From: a virus
Direction: 5' to 3' (one strand)
Length of the DNA stretch: 64,000 bases
IMG/VR virus record: IMGVR_UViG_3300050821_000645
Shown here: positions 27,670-36,473 of the stretch, one piece after another
How the letters are laid out: each line of letters begins with the position of its first letter
Position numbering within the stretch: position 1 is the first letter of the stretch
Position numbers and translations under genes: made by a program
The notes under the pieces: model-generated
The model's database searches: none
Told to the model about the DNA's origin: nothing
The model's input: only the letters and a program-made list of their open reading frames with translations

Positions 27670-28965
27670 GTGGCCGTCAAGTACGTATCAGATTTCAGTT
27701 TCCCGTCGGAGTTTGGCTTTCACAAGCCCAGCTCTCAGTCCTCTGGCAAGGGGGTTGCTAAAGGGATGGGGGCCTATCACACGCCCAAGGCTGGTCCCTC
27801 TGTTGTCACCGGGCACTCCAGTGGCAAAGGCGGCGGCAAGTTCCACTCAGGCTCGGTGCCTAAGTTCGCCAAGGGCGGCCTGGCGCGAGTTCCGGCTGTC
27901 GGCAAGGGTGGGAACGAGAACAAGGGCATCGGCAAGACGGCCGAGCACTTCCAGAAAATCAGTGACAAACGATCTCCGTCCGCTACGCGTTCCGAGAAGT
28001 CCAGCGGTGTCCAGAAGCCTGCCTTCAAGAGCGGCGGACACGCCACGACCCCGCAGCGCTTCAAGAAGGGCGGTCATGCGACCACGCCGCAGCGCTATAA
28101 GGAAGGCGGGTCCACGCTTCACGAGAGTGGCTGCAAGTGCAACTACTGCTCCGGTGGAATGGCCAAGAAAGAAGGCGGCAGCATCAAAACAGCTGCGGCT
28201 CCTGTGAAGATGGGGCAGAAGACGTCATGGAACAAGGACGACGCCACCTCCCCGGGCAGCTTCAAGCGCACCCCGCCTGGCGCTAAGACCACTAATAAGC
28301 AGGCCGCTAACTCGAAGTTCGACGCCGAGGGCCGTGACACGGCACCAGCTACTGAGCAATCAGGCAACGTCGAGCGCATGAGCGGATGGTCAGACTTCTC
28401 CGAGGGCGGCACCGTGCACCCCAGGCTGAAGAACTTGCGCGAGTACGCTCACGCCAAGAAGGGCGGATCCGTGAAGGCGACGCGCACCGAGATCAAGAGC
28501 GGCACCGCCGCGAAGACCGGCAAGGTGGTCAACTCCAGCCCCCAGGGTCGTAACGAGCACTACGAGCACGAGGCCGGGACGCCTGGCAGTGCGGAGCCGC
28601 GCGGCGACTACCACGAGATCGAGAGTGGATCGGCGGCTGCCATGGGCGGATTCGCTCGCGGCAACAGCCACAAGAAGAACGCAGCCATCCACGCCAAGTC
28701 AGATCACAAGGCGATGGGTGCCATGGGTGCCCTAGCCGGTGCCCTAAGCCAGCCACAGCCCTCTGCGCCGCCGATGGGCGGGCCCCCTCCCGGTGCACCC
28801 CCGATGGGCGGGCCGCCTCCTGGCGCTCCTCCTATGGGCCCCAGGCCGATGGGCGGACCTCCCCCGATGGGTGGTGGGATGCCGATGGGCGGCGGAATGC
28901 CAGGCGGTATGCCGCACGCTGATGGCGGAGCAATTCACGTAATCCATCATCACGTACAGCACTAG
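27670..28965 (+). CDS. low-complexity KGG-repeat / PPMGG-repeat protein (putative internal virion protein)
   Basis: 431 aa; tandem GGHATTPQR(F/Y)K(K/E)GG repeats; C-terminus PPMGGPPPGAPPMGGPPPGAPPMGPRPMGGPPPMGGGMPMGGGMPGGMPHADGG. Confidence 0.5.
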   Translation: MAVKYVSDFSFPSEFGFHKPSSQSSGKGVAKGMGAYHTPKAGPSVVTGHSSGKGGGKFHSGSVPKFAKGGLARVPAVGKGGNENKGIGKTAEHFQKISDKRSPSATRSEKSSGVQKPAFKSGGHATTPQRFKKGGHATTPQRYKEGGSTLHESGCKCNYCSGGMAKKEGGSIKTAAAPVKMGQKTSWNKDDATSPGSFKRTPPGAKTTNKQAANSKFDAEGRDTAPATEQSGNVERMSGWSDFSEGGTVHPRLKNLREYAHAKKGGSVKATRTEIKSGTAAKTGKVVNSSPQGRNEHYEHEAGTPGSAEPRGDYHEIESGSAAAMGGFARGNSHKKNAAIHAKSDHKAMGAMGALAGALSQPQPSAPPMGGPPPGAPPMGGPPPGAPPMGPRPMGGPPPMGGGMPMGGGMPGGMPHADGGAIHVIHHHVQH

Positions 28966-29018
28966 GCGCGCAGGCGCCTAAGGCCAGCCTTTAGGGCCAG
29001 CCGCGCAAAGGAACCTCA

Positions 29019-30032
29019 ATGGCTCTCAGCACGACTGGAACAGTAAACACTACGGCATGGGACACCCGCACGGTAATCGACCGGGCGTACGGTGCCCTTG
29101 GCCTTTTGCCGAATCAGATTGTTGGTGAGAAGATATCCATTGCCCAGGACCTGCTTGGCATCACTCTTGCCGATATGGTAAACACAGCGAACCCGTTGTG
29201 GTGCCTGGATCGCATCCTTGTGACCCCTGTCCTCGGGCAGCGCATCTACCCGATGCCGGTCGGCACGAACGACATCAATCGTGCGTTCTATCGCAGCTCC
29301 TTCAACATCACCCCGGCGACGTTCACTAACACGAGCGCTGCGTACACCTTTGACTTCGGTGCGGGCAATGACACCGCCGTATCGATGTGGTCGATCACGT
29401 GGTCAGGCACCCCGGTGCCGCTCACCTTCCAGGCCAGCGAGGACCAGATCACCTGGAACCTGGTGCACCTCACGAACAACTTCACACTAGGCACGGGGGG
29501 CACGCAGTACTACGACATGGGCATCCAGGCCGCTCAGCGGTACTGGCGTGTGATCCCGACCGTGGTCGTGCCACCTAACACGCTAAGCATCAGCGCCGCC
29601 TCCCTGTTCAACACCCCGAATGACATCGAGATGTACAGGATGAATAAAGACGACTACTGGAACATGACCAACAAGTCATTCCTGGGTCGTCCGCTGCAGT
29701 ACTGGGTCAACCGGACGCTGCAAACCGAGCTGCATATGTGGCCACAACCCGACCAGAACACGGTCAGCAATGTGGTATTCTATATCTGGCGTGAGCGCAT
29801 GATAATGGACATCGGCAGTCTGCAGCAGCAGCTGGAGATCCCGACGCGCTGGTTCTGGACAATAATCATGGTGCTTGCCGACGCGCTCGCCATGTGCACC
29901 CCTGACGCAGACCCAGCCCGCATCGCCATGGTGCAGGCACGCCTGCCTGGCATGCTTAAGACGCTGTGGACCTCGGAGCGCGATCGCAGCCCCTTCAAGA
30001 TGCAGGTCGGCATTGGGGTGTATACGCGATGA
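29019..30032 (+). CDS. virion structural protein
   Basis: 337-aa ORF, Trp/Thr/Asn-rich. Confidence 0.45.
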   Translation: MALSTTGTVNTTAWDTRTVIDRAYGALGLLPNQIVGEKISIAQDLLGITLADMVNTANPLWCLDRILVTPVLGQRIYPMPVGTNDINRAFYRSSFNITPATFTNTSAAYTFDFGAGNDTAVSMWSITWSGTPVPLTFQASEDQITWNLVHLTNNFTLGTGGTQYYDMGIQAAQRYWRVIPTVVVPPNTLSISAASLFNTPNDIEMYRMNKDDYWNMTNKSFLGRPLQYWVNRTLQTELHMWPQPDQNTVSNVVFYIWRERMIMDIGSLQQQLEIPTRWFWTIIMVLADALAMCTPDADPARIAMVQARLPGMLKTLWTSERDRSPFKMQVGIGVYTR

Positions 30033-30403
30033 GCGAGTACATCAGCACCAATGGGCGTACCCGCATCGCCATCGGTATATGCGGGCGCTGCTCGCTGAAG
30101 TTCGCGCTCGACGACTTGAGCCCAGACATCAACTATCCCGGCCTGCTGGTGTGCGGGAACCCTGGCACCGTCAACGGCAAAGGCTTATGGAGCGGCGGCA
30201 GTGGCTGCTCAGACGCCATTGACCCGTACCGTCTGCCGCCGCACGAGACCGAGGACATCACACTCGATATGCCGCGCCCCGACACCAAGTTCCCGCTTCC
30301 AGGCTACGTCACCGTGGCCCCTGGTGACCCCAATTGGCCCACGAACACTTTCCTTGGCGGACAGGGTGCTGTCCAGCAACCACCCGCCGGTAACACGAAC
30401 TAG
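30029..30403 (+). CDS. virion structural protein (small)
   Basis: ATGA overlap start; ORF 29966..30403 trimmed. Confidence 0.4.
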   Translation: MSEYISTNGRTRIAIGICGRCSLKFALDDLSPDINYPGLLVCGNPGTVNGKGLWSGGSGCSDAIDPYRLPPHETEDITLDMPRPDTKFPLPGYVTVAPGDPNWPTNTFLGGQGAVQQPPAGNTN

Positions 30404-30411
30404 GATTCTAC

Positions 30412-30744
30412 ATGCAAAGCGTTACAATCGTCAGCCCCAAGGTATCACGCGCAATCGGCACCAGCCTCACGCAGGTCGGCGGGTACAGCCCGGCATCCAG
30501 CGCCATAGTGAGCGGCCTGAGTGTAGCCAATACCTCAGCTGGTGCGGTGAACGTCACGATCACTGTGTTTGATGGCACGAATGACACCAATCTCGTGTTC
30601 GCCACACCATGCGCGGTCGGCGACAGCATCCTGCTAGGGGCTGACTGGTTCAAATTCAACCTGGTGGCTGGATGGAGTATACGCGTGAAGTCATCGGTGG
30701 CAGCCAGTGTCGATGCGGCGATGTTCGTGAGCGAGTTCACCTAA
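30412..30744 (+). CDS. virion structural protein (small)
   Basis: 110-aa ORF. Confidence 0.4.
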   Translation: MQSVTIVSPKVSRAIGTSLTQVGGYSPASSAIVSGLSVANTSAGAVNVTITVFDGTNDTNLVFATPCAVGDSILLGADWFKFNLVAGWSIRVKSSVAASVDAAMFVSEFT

Positions 30745-30745
30745 G

Positions 30746-32647
30746 ATGCGTAAGTTCGGGAATGCCATCCAGAACTACTACGGGCAGTTGAATATAACTG
30801 CTGCCGGTGCGACACCCCAGGTGGTGGCCAATGGCTCCGGACTAGTTGTACTGGGTGCTGCCAGCACCGTTGTGACAACTTTTGTTGGTACAGACATCGC
30901 TCAGGTCGTATTGAATTCTGCCGCATCAACCAACAGAAGTGTAATAACATTACAGCAAGCAAGCGTTGCACTAGCAAGAGTTGGTGTAGATGGGTCAAAT
31001 ACACTGCTCAGCGACTCAGCTAATGGAGACCTATGCGTGGTCTCTGCCTCACAAGCTGTGCGCATTGGCACTGCAGCAGGAGGTAGCACAAGAATCCTGC
31101 TTGCAGCTGCAGGCAATGTCACCGTTGCCGCCCCGACTAGTGGCGTTGCCCTTTCGGTTGTTGCTCAAGGCATTGGTACCGGTATTCAGGTTGGGTCAAC
31201 TGGTAACACCACCAATGGTACTCTGGCTATTGGTTTCGACGTCAACGGCAACCAGTTCATCCAGGGACTGACCGCGAGCACTGCGCTCAATCTGGGTAGC
31301 TTCCAGGCTACAGGTACCGTCAACCTGGTGGCCGGTGGCGGAACGCGCGTACAGGTGGCAGCTAACGGTTCTGTTACTGTCAATGCCCCATCATCAGCAG
31401 GGGTTGCGCTGACTGTAGCTGCATTCACTGGCTCTGCGGCAATTCGCGCAAACGGTGATGGCACCACGAACGCACTAGTGGTGGCTGCTGCCGGATCGAA
31501 TGCGATAGCGACGTTCGACAGCACAAACGCCACTGGCGGCTTCATAACGATCACGCAAAGCGGCACCCAGCAGGGGTTCCTTGGTAACTCTGCTGCTCTA
31601 GATAGCGGCACGCTGAACGATATAACGCTGCGCTCCGCCAATGCCATCGGGTTATCAACTGGCGGCGCCAACCGGCGTATGACAATCAGTAGTACGGGCA
31701 ACGTTACCCACCTAGCGCCCAGCTCTGGCGTCGCGGTAACGGTCACCGGATTCGCAGGCGCTGCCACGGCATTGCAGATCAATGGCGGTAATGCTGCTGG
31801 ATCTAATGGCCTTCAAATATCTGGTGGGTTCACTGGATCAGGCACCACTGGTCTTGTGGTAATAAGTGACGTCAACAACACCAATGGAGCAAATTTTCAG
31901 ATAACAGGTAATGGCGCCACCACACCAACCAAAACGCTTCGAGTATTGAGTGGTATATTTCAGATACTAAATAGCGCGTACTCAGCTAACTTAATGCAGC
32001 TTAATGATAGCGCAGCCGCCACGTTCGGCTCCCCAACCGGCGGCCTGCAAACAGCTGGCACACTCAATGCGCAGGGCCTGTTCATCAACGGCGTCGCGGT
32101 CACCGCTGGTACCGGTGCTGGCGGTGTGTCATCTATAACCGGAACCGCCAACCAGATCGCAGCCAGTGCGTCTACTGGCGCCGTTACTCTAAGCTTTGCC
32201 GCCAATGGCGTTATCATACCGGCGCCATCAAGCGGCGTGGCGCTTACCGTTAACGGCATCTCTGGTACCCATAGCACACAGATAGCAGATTCAGCTACCA
32301 ACAAGTTCAATGCTGGCTTCCTGGAAATCCCGCAGAACAGCCAGAGCACAGCATACACTCTCGTGCTTTCTGACTCCGGTAAGCACATCTACCATCCGAG
32401 TGCAGACACCACCGCTCGCACCTGGACAATCCCGGCTAACGCCAGCGTTCCGTTCCCGATAGGCACCGCTGTCACGTTCGACAACGACACAAGCGCCGGG
32501 GTCATTACGCTAGCTATTACGACGGATACATTAGTGTGGTTGCCCAGTGGTACGGCCGGTTCACGCTCTATTGCCGCTGGCGGGCAAGCCACAGCACTCA
32601 AAGTCACAGCAACCCGGTGGCACCTGACCGGGGTAGGAATAACCTAG
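30746..32647 (+). CDS. tail fibre protein with four internal about 90-aa repeats
   Basis: 633 aa; repeat anchors APTSGVALSV / APSSAGVALTV / APSSGVAVTV / APSSGVALTV; C-terminal domain similar to C-terminus of ORF 35256..36473. Confidence 0.55.
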   Translation: MRKFGNAIQNYYGQLNITAAGATPQVVANGSGLVVLGAASTVVTTFVGTDIAQVVLNSAASTNRSVITLQQASVALARVGVDGSNTLLSDSANGDLCVVSASQAVRIGTAAGGSTRILLAAAGNVTVAAPTSGVALSVVAQGIGTGIQVGSTGNTTNGTLAIGFDVNGNQFIQGLTASTALNLGSFQATGTVNLVAGGGTRVQVAANGSVTVNAPSSAGVALTVAAFTGSAAIRANGDGTTNALVVAAAGSNAIATFDSTNATGGFITITQSGTQQGFLGNSAALDSGTLNDITLRSANAIGLSTGGANRRMTISSTGNVTHLAPSSGVAVTVTGFAGAATALQINGGNAAGSNGLQISGGFTGSGTTGLVVISDVNNTNGANFQITGNGATTPTKTLRVLSGIFQILNSAYSANLMQLNDSAAATFGSPTGGLQTAGTLNAQGLFINGVAVTAGTGAGGVSSITGTANQIAASASTGAVTLSFAANGVIIPAPSSGVALTVNGISGTHSTQIADSATNKFNAGFLEIPQNSQSTAYTLVLSDSGKHIYHPSADTTARTWTIPANASVPFPIGTAVTFDNDTSAGVITLAITTDTLVWLPSGTAGSRSIAAGGQATALKVTATRWHLTGVGIT

Positions 32648-32652
32648 TGGGC

Positions 32653-33267
32653 ATGCAGCAGTTACTGTTCGGCGACGCTGGCTTTGTCCCTGTGGTGCAC
32701 ACATACAACACGGTTACCGCTGGATCCACGGAGACTGTCCCAGCAGGCGCCAGTTTTATGACAGTGGAGTGCTGGGGAGGCGGAGGCGGCGGCGGGTGGG
32801 ACACCGGATCCGTCAACGGTGCAGGCGGCGGCGGCGGCGGGTATTCGTCAAGCGCAGGAATCGCTGTCTCCGGCGGCCAGACTTTGACGTATCAGATAAG
32901 CAATAATGGCGGCGCGAACAGTGGCACCGGGGCCACCTCGGTTGGAACGTCAGGTCAGACAGGCATTGCATCCAATGTGACAGGCAACGGCGCATTGAGC
33001 GCAGTGGTGCCGTCCACAGCAGGAGGATTCGGCGGTGCCACGCTGCTGGCCGGGGCAGGCGGCGCCGCGAGCGGAGGCAGCACCACCAACACCACCGGCG
33101 CAACGGGGTCTAACAGTCCCACTGGCACCGGCGGAGCTGGCGCCAACGGCGGAGCCGGAGGCACTGCTCCCGGCGGAGCGGGCGTCTCCCCTGGCGGCGG
33201 CGGAGCCGGAGGCACGTCGGGTGGCGGCAACGGCGCACAGGCGCAAGTGCGATTTACTTACACATGA
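32653..33267 (+). CDS. glycine-rich tail protein
   Basis: TVECWGGGGGGGW and long GGxGG tracts; glycine-rich domain of the kind seen in phage tail fibre proteins; ATG 32653 after fibre gene stop. Confidence 0.5.
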   Translation: MQQLLFGDAGFVPVVHTYNTVTAGSTETVPAGASFMTVECWGGGGGGGWDTGSVNGAGGGGGGYSSSAGIAVSGGQTLTYQISNNGGANSGTGATSVGTSGQTGIASNVTGNGALSAVVPSTAGGFGGATLLAGAGGAASGGSTTNTTGATGSNSPTGTGGAGANGGAGGTAPGGAGVSPGGGGAGGTSGGGNGAQAQVRFTYT

Positions 33268-33285
33268 TTCACACAAGGAAAGACA

Positions 33286-33525
33286 ATGGCTAATTCTATC
33301 GTGATTTTCACTGAAGAGGGTATCAAGCGCGTCGTCGCGGGTCTCGCCGAGCTTCCCGCGAAGTTATCGCATGAGCTGCTGAACGACATCGAGTCGCAGT
33401 TGTCACTTGTCAAGAGCGACGTCAAGCGCTACGTAGCAATGGTCGAGGAGCACCTGGCGCCCCACAAGGCCGCAGTGCCCGCAGTGCCGGTTGCGCCTGT
33501 CGAGCAAGAGCGCGTAATAGCGTGA
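33286..33525 (+). CDS. hypothetical protein
   Basis: 79-aa ORF upstream of endolysin. Confidence 0.35.
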   Translation: MANSIVIFTEEGIKRVVAGLAELPAKLSHELLNDIESQLSLVKSDVKRYVAMVEEHLAPHKAAVPAVPVAPVEQERVIA

Positions 33526-34070
33526 GCTACGACGCCTTCAATAAAGCCTTCAACGACGTCATCGGTCTTGAGGGCAAGTTCACCAACGACGAGCACGACC
33601 CTGGCAACTGGACCGGCGGCGCAGTCGGCAAGGGTGAGCTGAAGGGCACGATGTACGGCGTCAGTGCCGCCGCGTACCCGACACTGGACATCGCTGGCCT
33701 CGGGTTACCACAGGTCAAGCAAATATACCGGGAAGACTTCTGGGGAAAATTGCGCTGCGACACGCTGCCTGATGCAATAGCTGGGGCCCTCTTCAAGGAG
33801 GGCGTAAACCTCGGGGTCACTGGTGCCGCTAAGGCGTTCCAGCGCAGCCTGAAGGTCACCGCTGATGGGAATATAGGGCAGCTGACCACGGGCATTGCGA
33901 CCTCCAGCCCACCGAAGGAAGTGCTCTGCAACTTCCTTACCGAGTGCGCATACGAGTACACGCAGATGAGCAATTTCAGTAAGTACGGTAAGGGCTGGCT
34001 GTCGCGCGTCATCAAGACCGCTGTCGAGGCGCAACTAACCGCGCAGGAACTTGGGAGCATGAAGCCATGA
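33522..34070 (+). CDS. endolysin, glycoside hydrolase family 108 N-terminal domain with C-terminal peptidoglycan-binding-like domain
   Basis: N-terminus FNDVIGLEGKFTNDEHDPGNWTGGAVGKGELKGTMYGVS matches the GH108 signature (EGG...D..DPGG.T..GI). Confidence 0.75.
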   Translation: MSYDAFNKAFNDVIGLEGKFTNDEHDPGNWTGGAVGKGELKGTMYGVSAAAYPTLDIAGLGLPQVKQIYREDFWGKLRCDTLPDAIAGALFKEGVNLGVTGAAKAFQRSLKVTADGNIGQLTTGIATSSPPKEVLCNFLTECAYEYTQMSNFSKYGKGWLSRVIKTAVEAQLTAQELGSMKP

Positions 34071-34426
34071 GTGTCGACGTAGCAGGCGTTGGAGCCATAG
34101 CAACCGCCGCCGAGAAGGTACTGGGGATGATATTCCCAGACAAGACCGCCATAGAAACGCAGAAGATGGCGGCTGCCTTCGCGCTCATCCAGAACCAGAC
34201 CAACATCGACAACACTGAGGCGGCGTCAAGCGACCCGCTGCAGCACTGGCGTGGCGGACTTGGTTGGGTGTGCGTGCTAGCGTACCTCAATAACTTCATC
34301 CTGGTGCCATGGGCTACGGCGTTTGGCGCCCATGTGCCGGTACTGGACTTCGCCCCGCTGGCTACCCTCACCGCCGGTATGCTGGGACTCGGCGGCATGC
34401 ACGTGTACGAGCAAACACAAAAATGA
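34067..34426 (+). CDS. holin-like membrane protein
   Basis: 119 aa with two or three hydrophobic segments (LGWVCVLAYLNNFILVPWATAF; LATLTAGMLGLGG) directly after endolysin with ATGA coupling. Confidence 0.5.
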   Translation: MSVDVAGVGAIATAAEKVLGMIFPDKTAIETQKMAAAFALIQNQTNIDNTEAASSDPLQHWRGGLGWVCVLAYLNNFILVPWATAFGAHVPVLDFAPLATLTAGMLGLGGMHVYEQTQK

Positions 34427-34578
34427 TAAACAGACCATCTGTGTGGGTGTGCACCAGCATCGGGACATGCGCCACAAGCTTCATCGATCTTTCTATGCCG
34501 TACCTGCAATTCATTGCCGTGGTGCTCTCAATAGCTGCGGCTCTGAGGGCACTATGGACCAGTCGCAAGGGTAAGTAA
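34424..34578 (+). CDS. small membrane protein (lysis-associated?)
   Basis: about 51 aa, C-terminal TM LQFIAVVLSIAAALRALW; overlaps holin stop. Confidence 0.3.
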
Positions 34579-35256
34579 ATGCCGGTATCGATGACGTTCC
34601 AATCTCTGCAGCAAGATGTGCAAAACTACATCGAGCGTGGAACAGTGCTCGATCCCATAGTATTTGCGCAGCTGCCCGAGCTTATCAATTTTGCAGAGCG
34701 CCGCATCAGCCGCGAGCTGAAGGTGCTTGGATTCGTCGTCGCCGCCACATTCACTTTGCAGCCAAACCTAGCTGTTTACCCCAAGCCAGACCGATGGCGC
34801 AAGCTGCTGTCTCTCAATGTGGGTCAGGCTGCTACCGGCAACAGCGTGCGCTCCCAGGTGTTCCCGCGCAGCTACGAATATATCCGGCAGTACTGGCCTG
34901 ATGACACGCAGACCAACACCACGGTGTTCGGTGTCGCCGCGCCCCCCAAGTTTTACGCCGAGTACAACTACCAGAACATCATTGTTGCCCCGACCCCTGA
35001 TGCAGCGTACCCGGCGGAGATCGTGTACTACGAGGAGCCCGCGCTACTCGACGCCACCAACAACACTAACTGGATTACCCAGTACGCCCCCAACCTGCTG
35101 CTGTACTCGTCACTACTGGAGTGCATGCCATTCATCAAGCAGGACGCGCGCACGGCCACGTGGCAGGGTATGTACGACCGCGCCGCAGCTGTGCTCGACT
35201 CAGAGTCGAAGGACGGCATCATGGACCGTAACGCGCAACCCAGGACCGAAACCTAA
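34579..35256 (+). CDS. virion/tail structural protein
   Basis: 225-aa ORF. Confidence 0.45.
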   Translation: MPVSMTFQSLQQDVQNYIERGTVLDPIVFAQLPELINFAERRISRELKVLGFVVAATFTLQPNLAVYPKPDRWRKLLSLNVGQAATGNSVRSQVFPRSYEYIRQYWPDDTQTNTTVFGVAAPPKFYAEYNYQNIIVAPTPDAAYPAEIVYYEEPALLDATNNTNWITQYAPNLLLYSSLLECMPFIKQDARTATWQGMYDRAAAVLDSESKDGIMDRNAQPRTET

Positions 35257-36473
35257 TGACCTCATTCACGAACATCTTCACCGGGGCACTGGTTGCGCCA
35301 GCTCTGGCTGCGTACAACAACATCACTCTCACCGCGCCGCTCACCCTGGTGTGGCCGCTTGAGACCGCGCCCAATAGCAACCTGGCGACGCCGCTCATCG
35401 ACATTGCCCTGGGTAGCGTAGCCGCAAGCCTGACACTACCTCCAGCTAACCAGGTGGGCGTTGGCACGTTCGTGATCGTCAACAATCTGTCCGCTTTCAC
35501 GCAGACCGTGTTCGGCAACACCGGGGTAGCTCTGGCGACACTGGCGGCTGGTTCTGTGTTCTTCTTCTACCTGCAGAATAACACCACCGTAGCCGGTACA
35601 TGGTTCGCGTTCCAGTACGGCGCAGCGGTCTCCAACCCGAGCGTGGCAGCGCTTGCTGGTCCTGGATTGCGGGCTGTGGGGTCGACGCTTGGTCAGGACA
35701 TCGTCGTCGTCACGCTGAACAGCAACTTCGCCATAGGCAACAACAACCAGACGCAGCTGCTCAACTGGAACGGCGGATCTGGCACGTTCACGTTGCCGCT
35801 GGCTGCCACTGTTGGCGCTAACTGGTACATCCAGGTGCGCAACTCAGGCACCGGGGTGCTGTCGATAGCTAACTCTGGCTCTGACGTCATCAACGGCGCC
35901 ACGCCGCTGAGCATGAACCCTGGCGACAGCGCGTTCATCGTCACCGACGGATCGACATGGTACACCATCGGGCTTGGCCCGAATATCACGGGCGGCTTCA
36001 ACTACGTCACCATCAGCCTGACAGGTGTTAGCGGCAACTACGTGCTCACCGGCACCCAGCTGAACCAGATAGGGTACCGGTTCACGGGTGTGCCGACCGG
36101 CAACGTCACCGTGATCGTACCCAACACGAAGCAGGAATACTGGGTCAACAACCAGACCACGGGTGCCTTTACGTTCGGCATCGGCACAGCGGCTCAGGTT
36201 TCACCGCCGCTGCTCGCGCAGAATTCGAACGCGATCTTCTACAGCGACGGAGCGAACGTCTCCATCGCCACGCCTGCTAGCGCGATCACCGCCGTGCCCG
36301 TGCTTATATCGCAGGGCGGCACCGGGGCCACCACGGCTGGTGGTGCGCTCGTCAACCTCGGCGGTACCTCTGATGGTATCGCGGTGTTTACCGCTGTGAA
36401 CAACGCTGGCGCGCAGGCAGCTATTGGTGCGTCTTCGGTCGCGGATGCGTACATCTTTGGGATGATTAACTAA
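35256..36473 (+). CDS. tail fibre-like protein (paralogous C-terminal domain to 30746..32647)
   Basis: 405 aa; C-terminal TFTLPLAATVGANWYIQVRNSGTGVLSIANSGSDVINGATP resembles RTWTIPANASVPFPIGTAVTFDNDTSAGVITLAITTDTLVWLPSGTAGS of the 633-aa fibre. Confidence 0.5.
   Translation: MTSFTNIFTGALVAPALAAYNNITLTAPLTLVWPLETAPNSNLATPLIDIALGSVAASLTLPPANQVGVGTFVIVNNLSAFTQTVFGNTGVALATLAAGSVFFFYLQNNTTVAGTWFAFQYGAAVSNPSVAALAGPGLRAVGSTLGQDIVVVTLNSNFAIGNNNQTQLLNWNGGSGTFTLPLAATVGANWYIQVRNSGTGVLSIANSGSDVINGATPLSMNPGDSAFIVTDGSTWYTIGLGPNITGGFNYVTISLTGVSGNYVLTGTQLNQIGYRFTGVPTGNVTVIVPNTKQEYWVNNQTTGAFTFGIGTAAQVSPPLLAQNSNAIFYSDGANVSIATPASAITAVPVLISQGGTGATTAGGALVNLGGTSDGIAVFTAVNNAGAQAAIGASSVADAYIFGMIN

Noticed and set aside
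28962-28979. Hairpin TAGGCGC-gcag-GCGCCTA after gene 27670..28965 as a rho-independent terminator
   Set aside because: 7-bp stem but no downstream U-tract. Retained only as a possible weak attenuator, not listed as a feature.
32955-33276. Proline-rich minus-strand ORFs (91 to 108 aa) under the glycine-rich tail gene
   Set aside because: GGN glycine codons read as NCC proline in antisense. This is an artefact of the Gly-rich gene.
34424-34578. Small ORF after the holin as a unimolecular spanin
   Set aside because: Only about 51 aa and no convincing lipobox. Has a C-terminal TM only. More likely an antiholin or membrane peptide, if translated at all.
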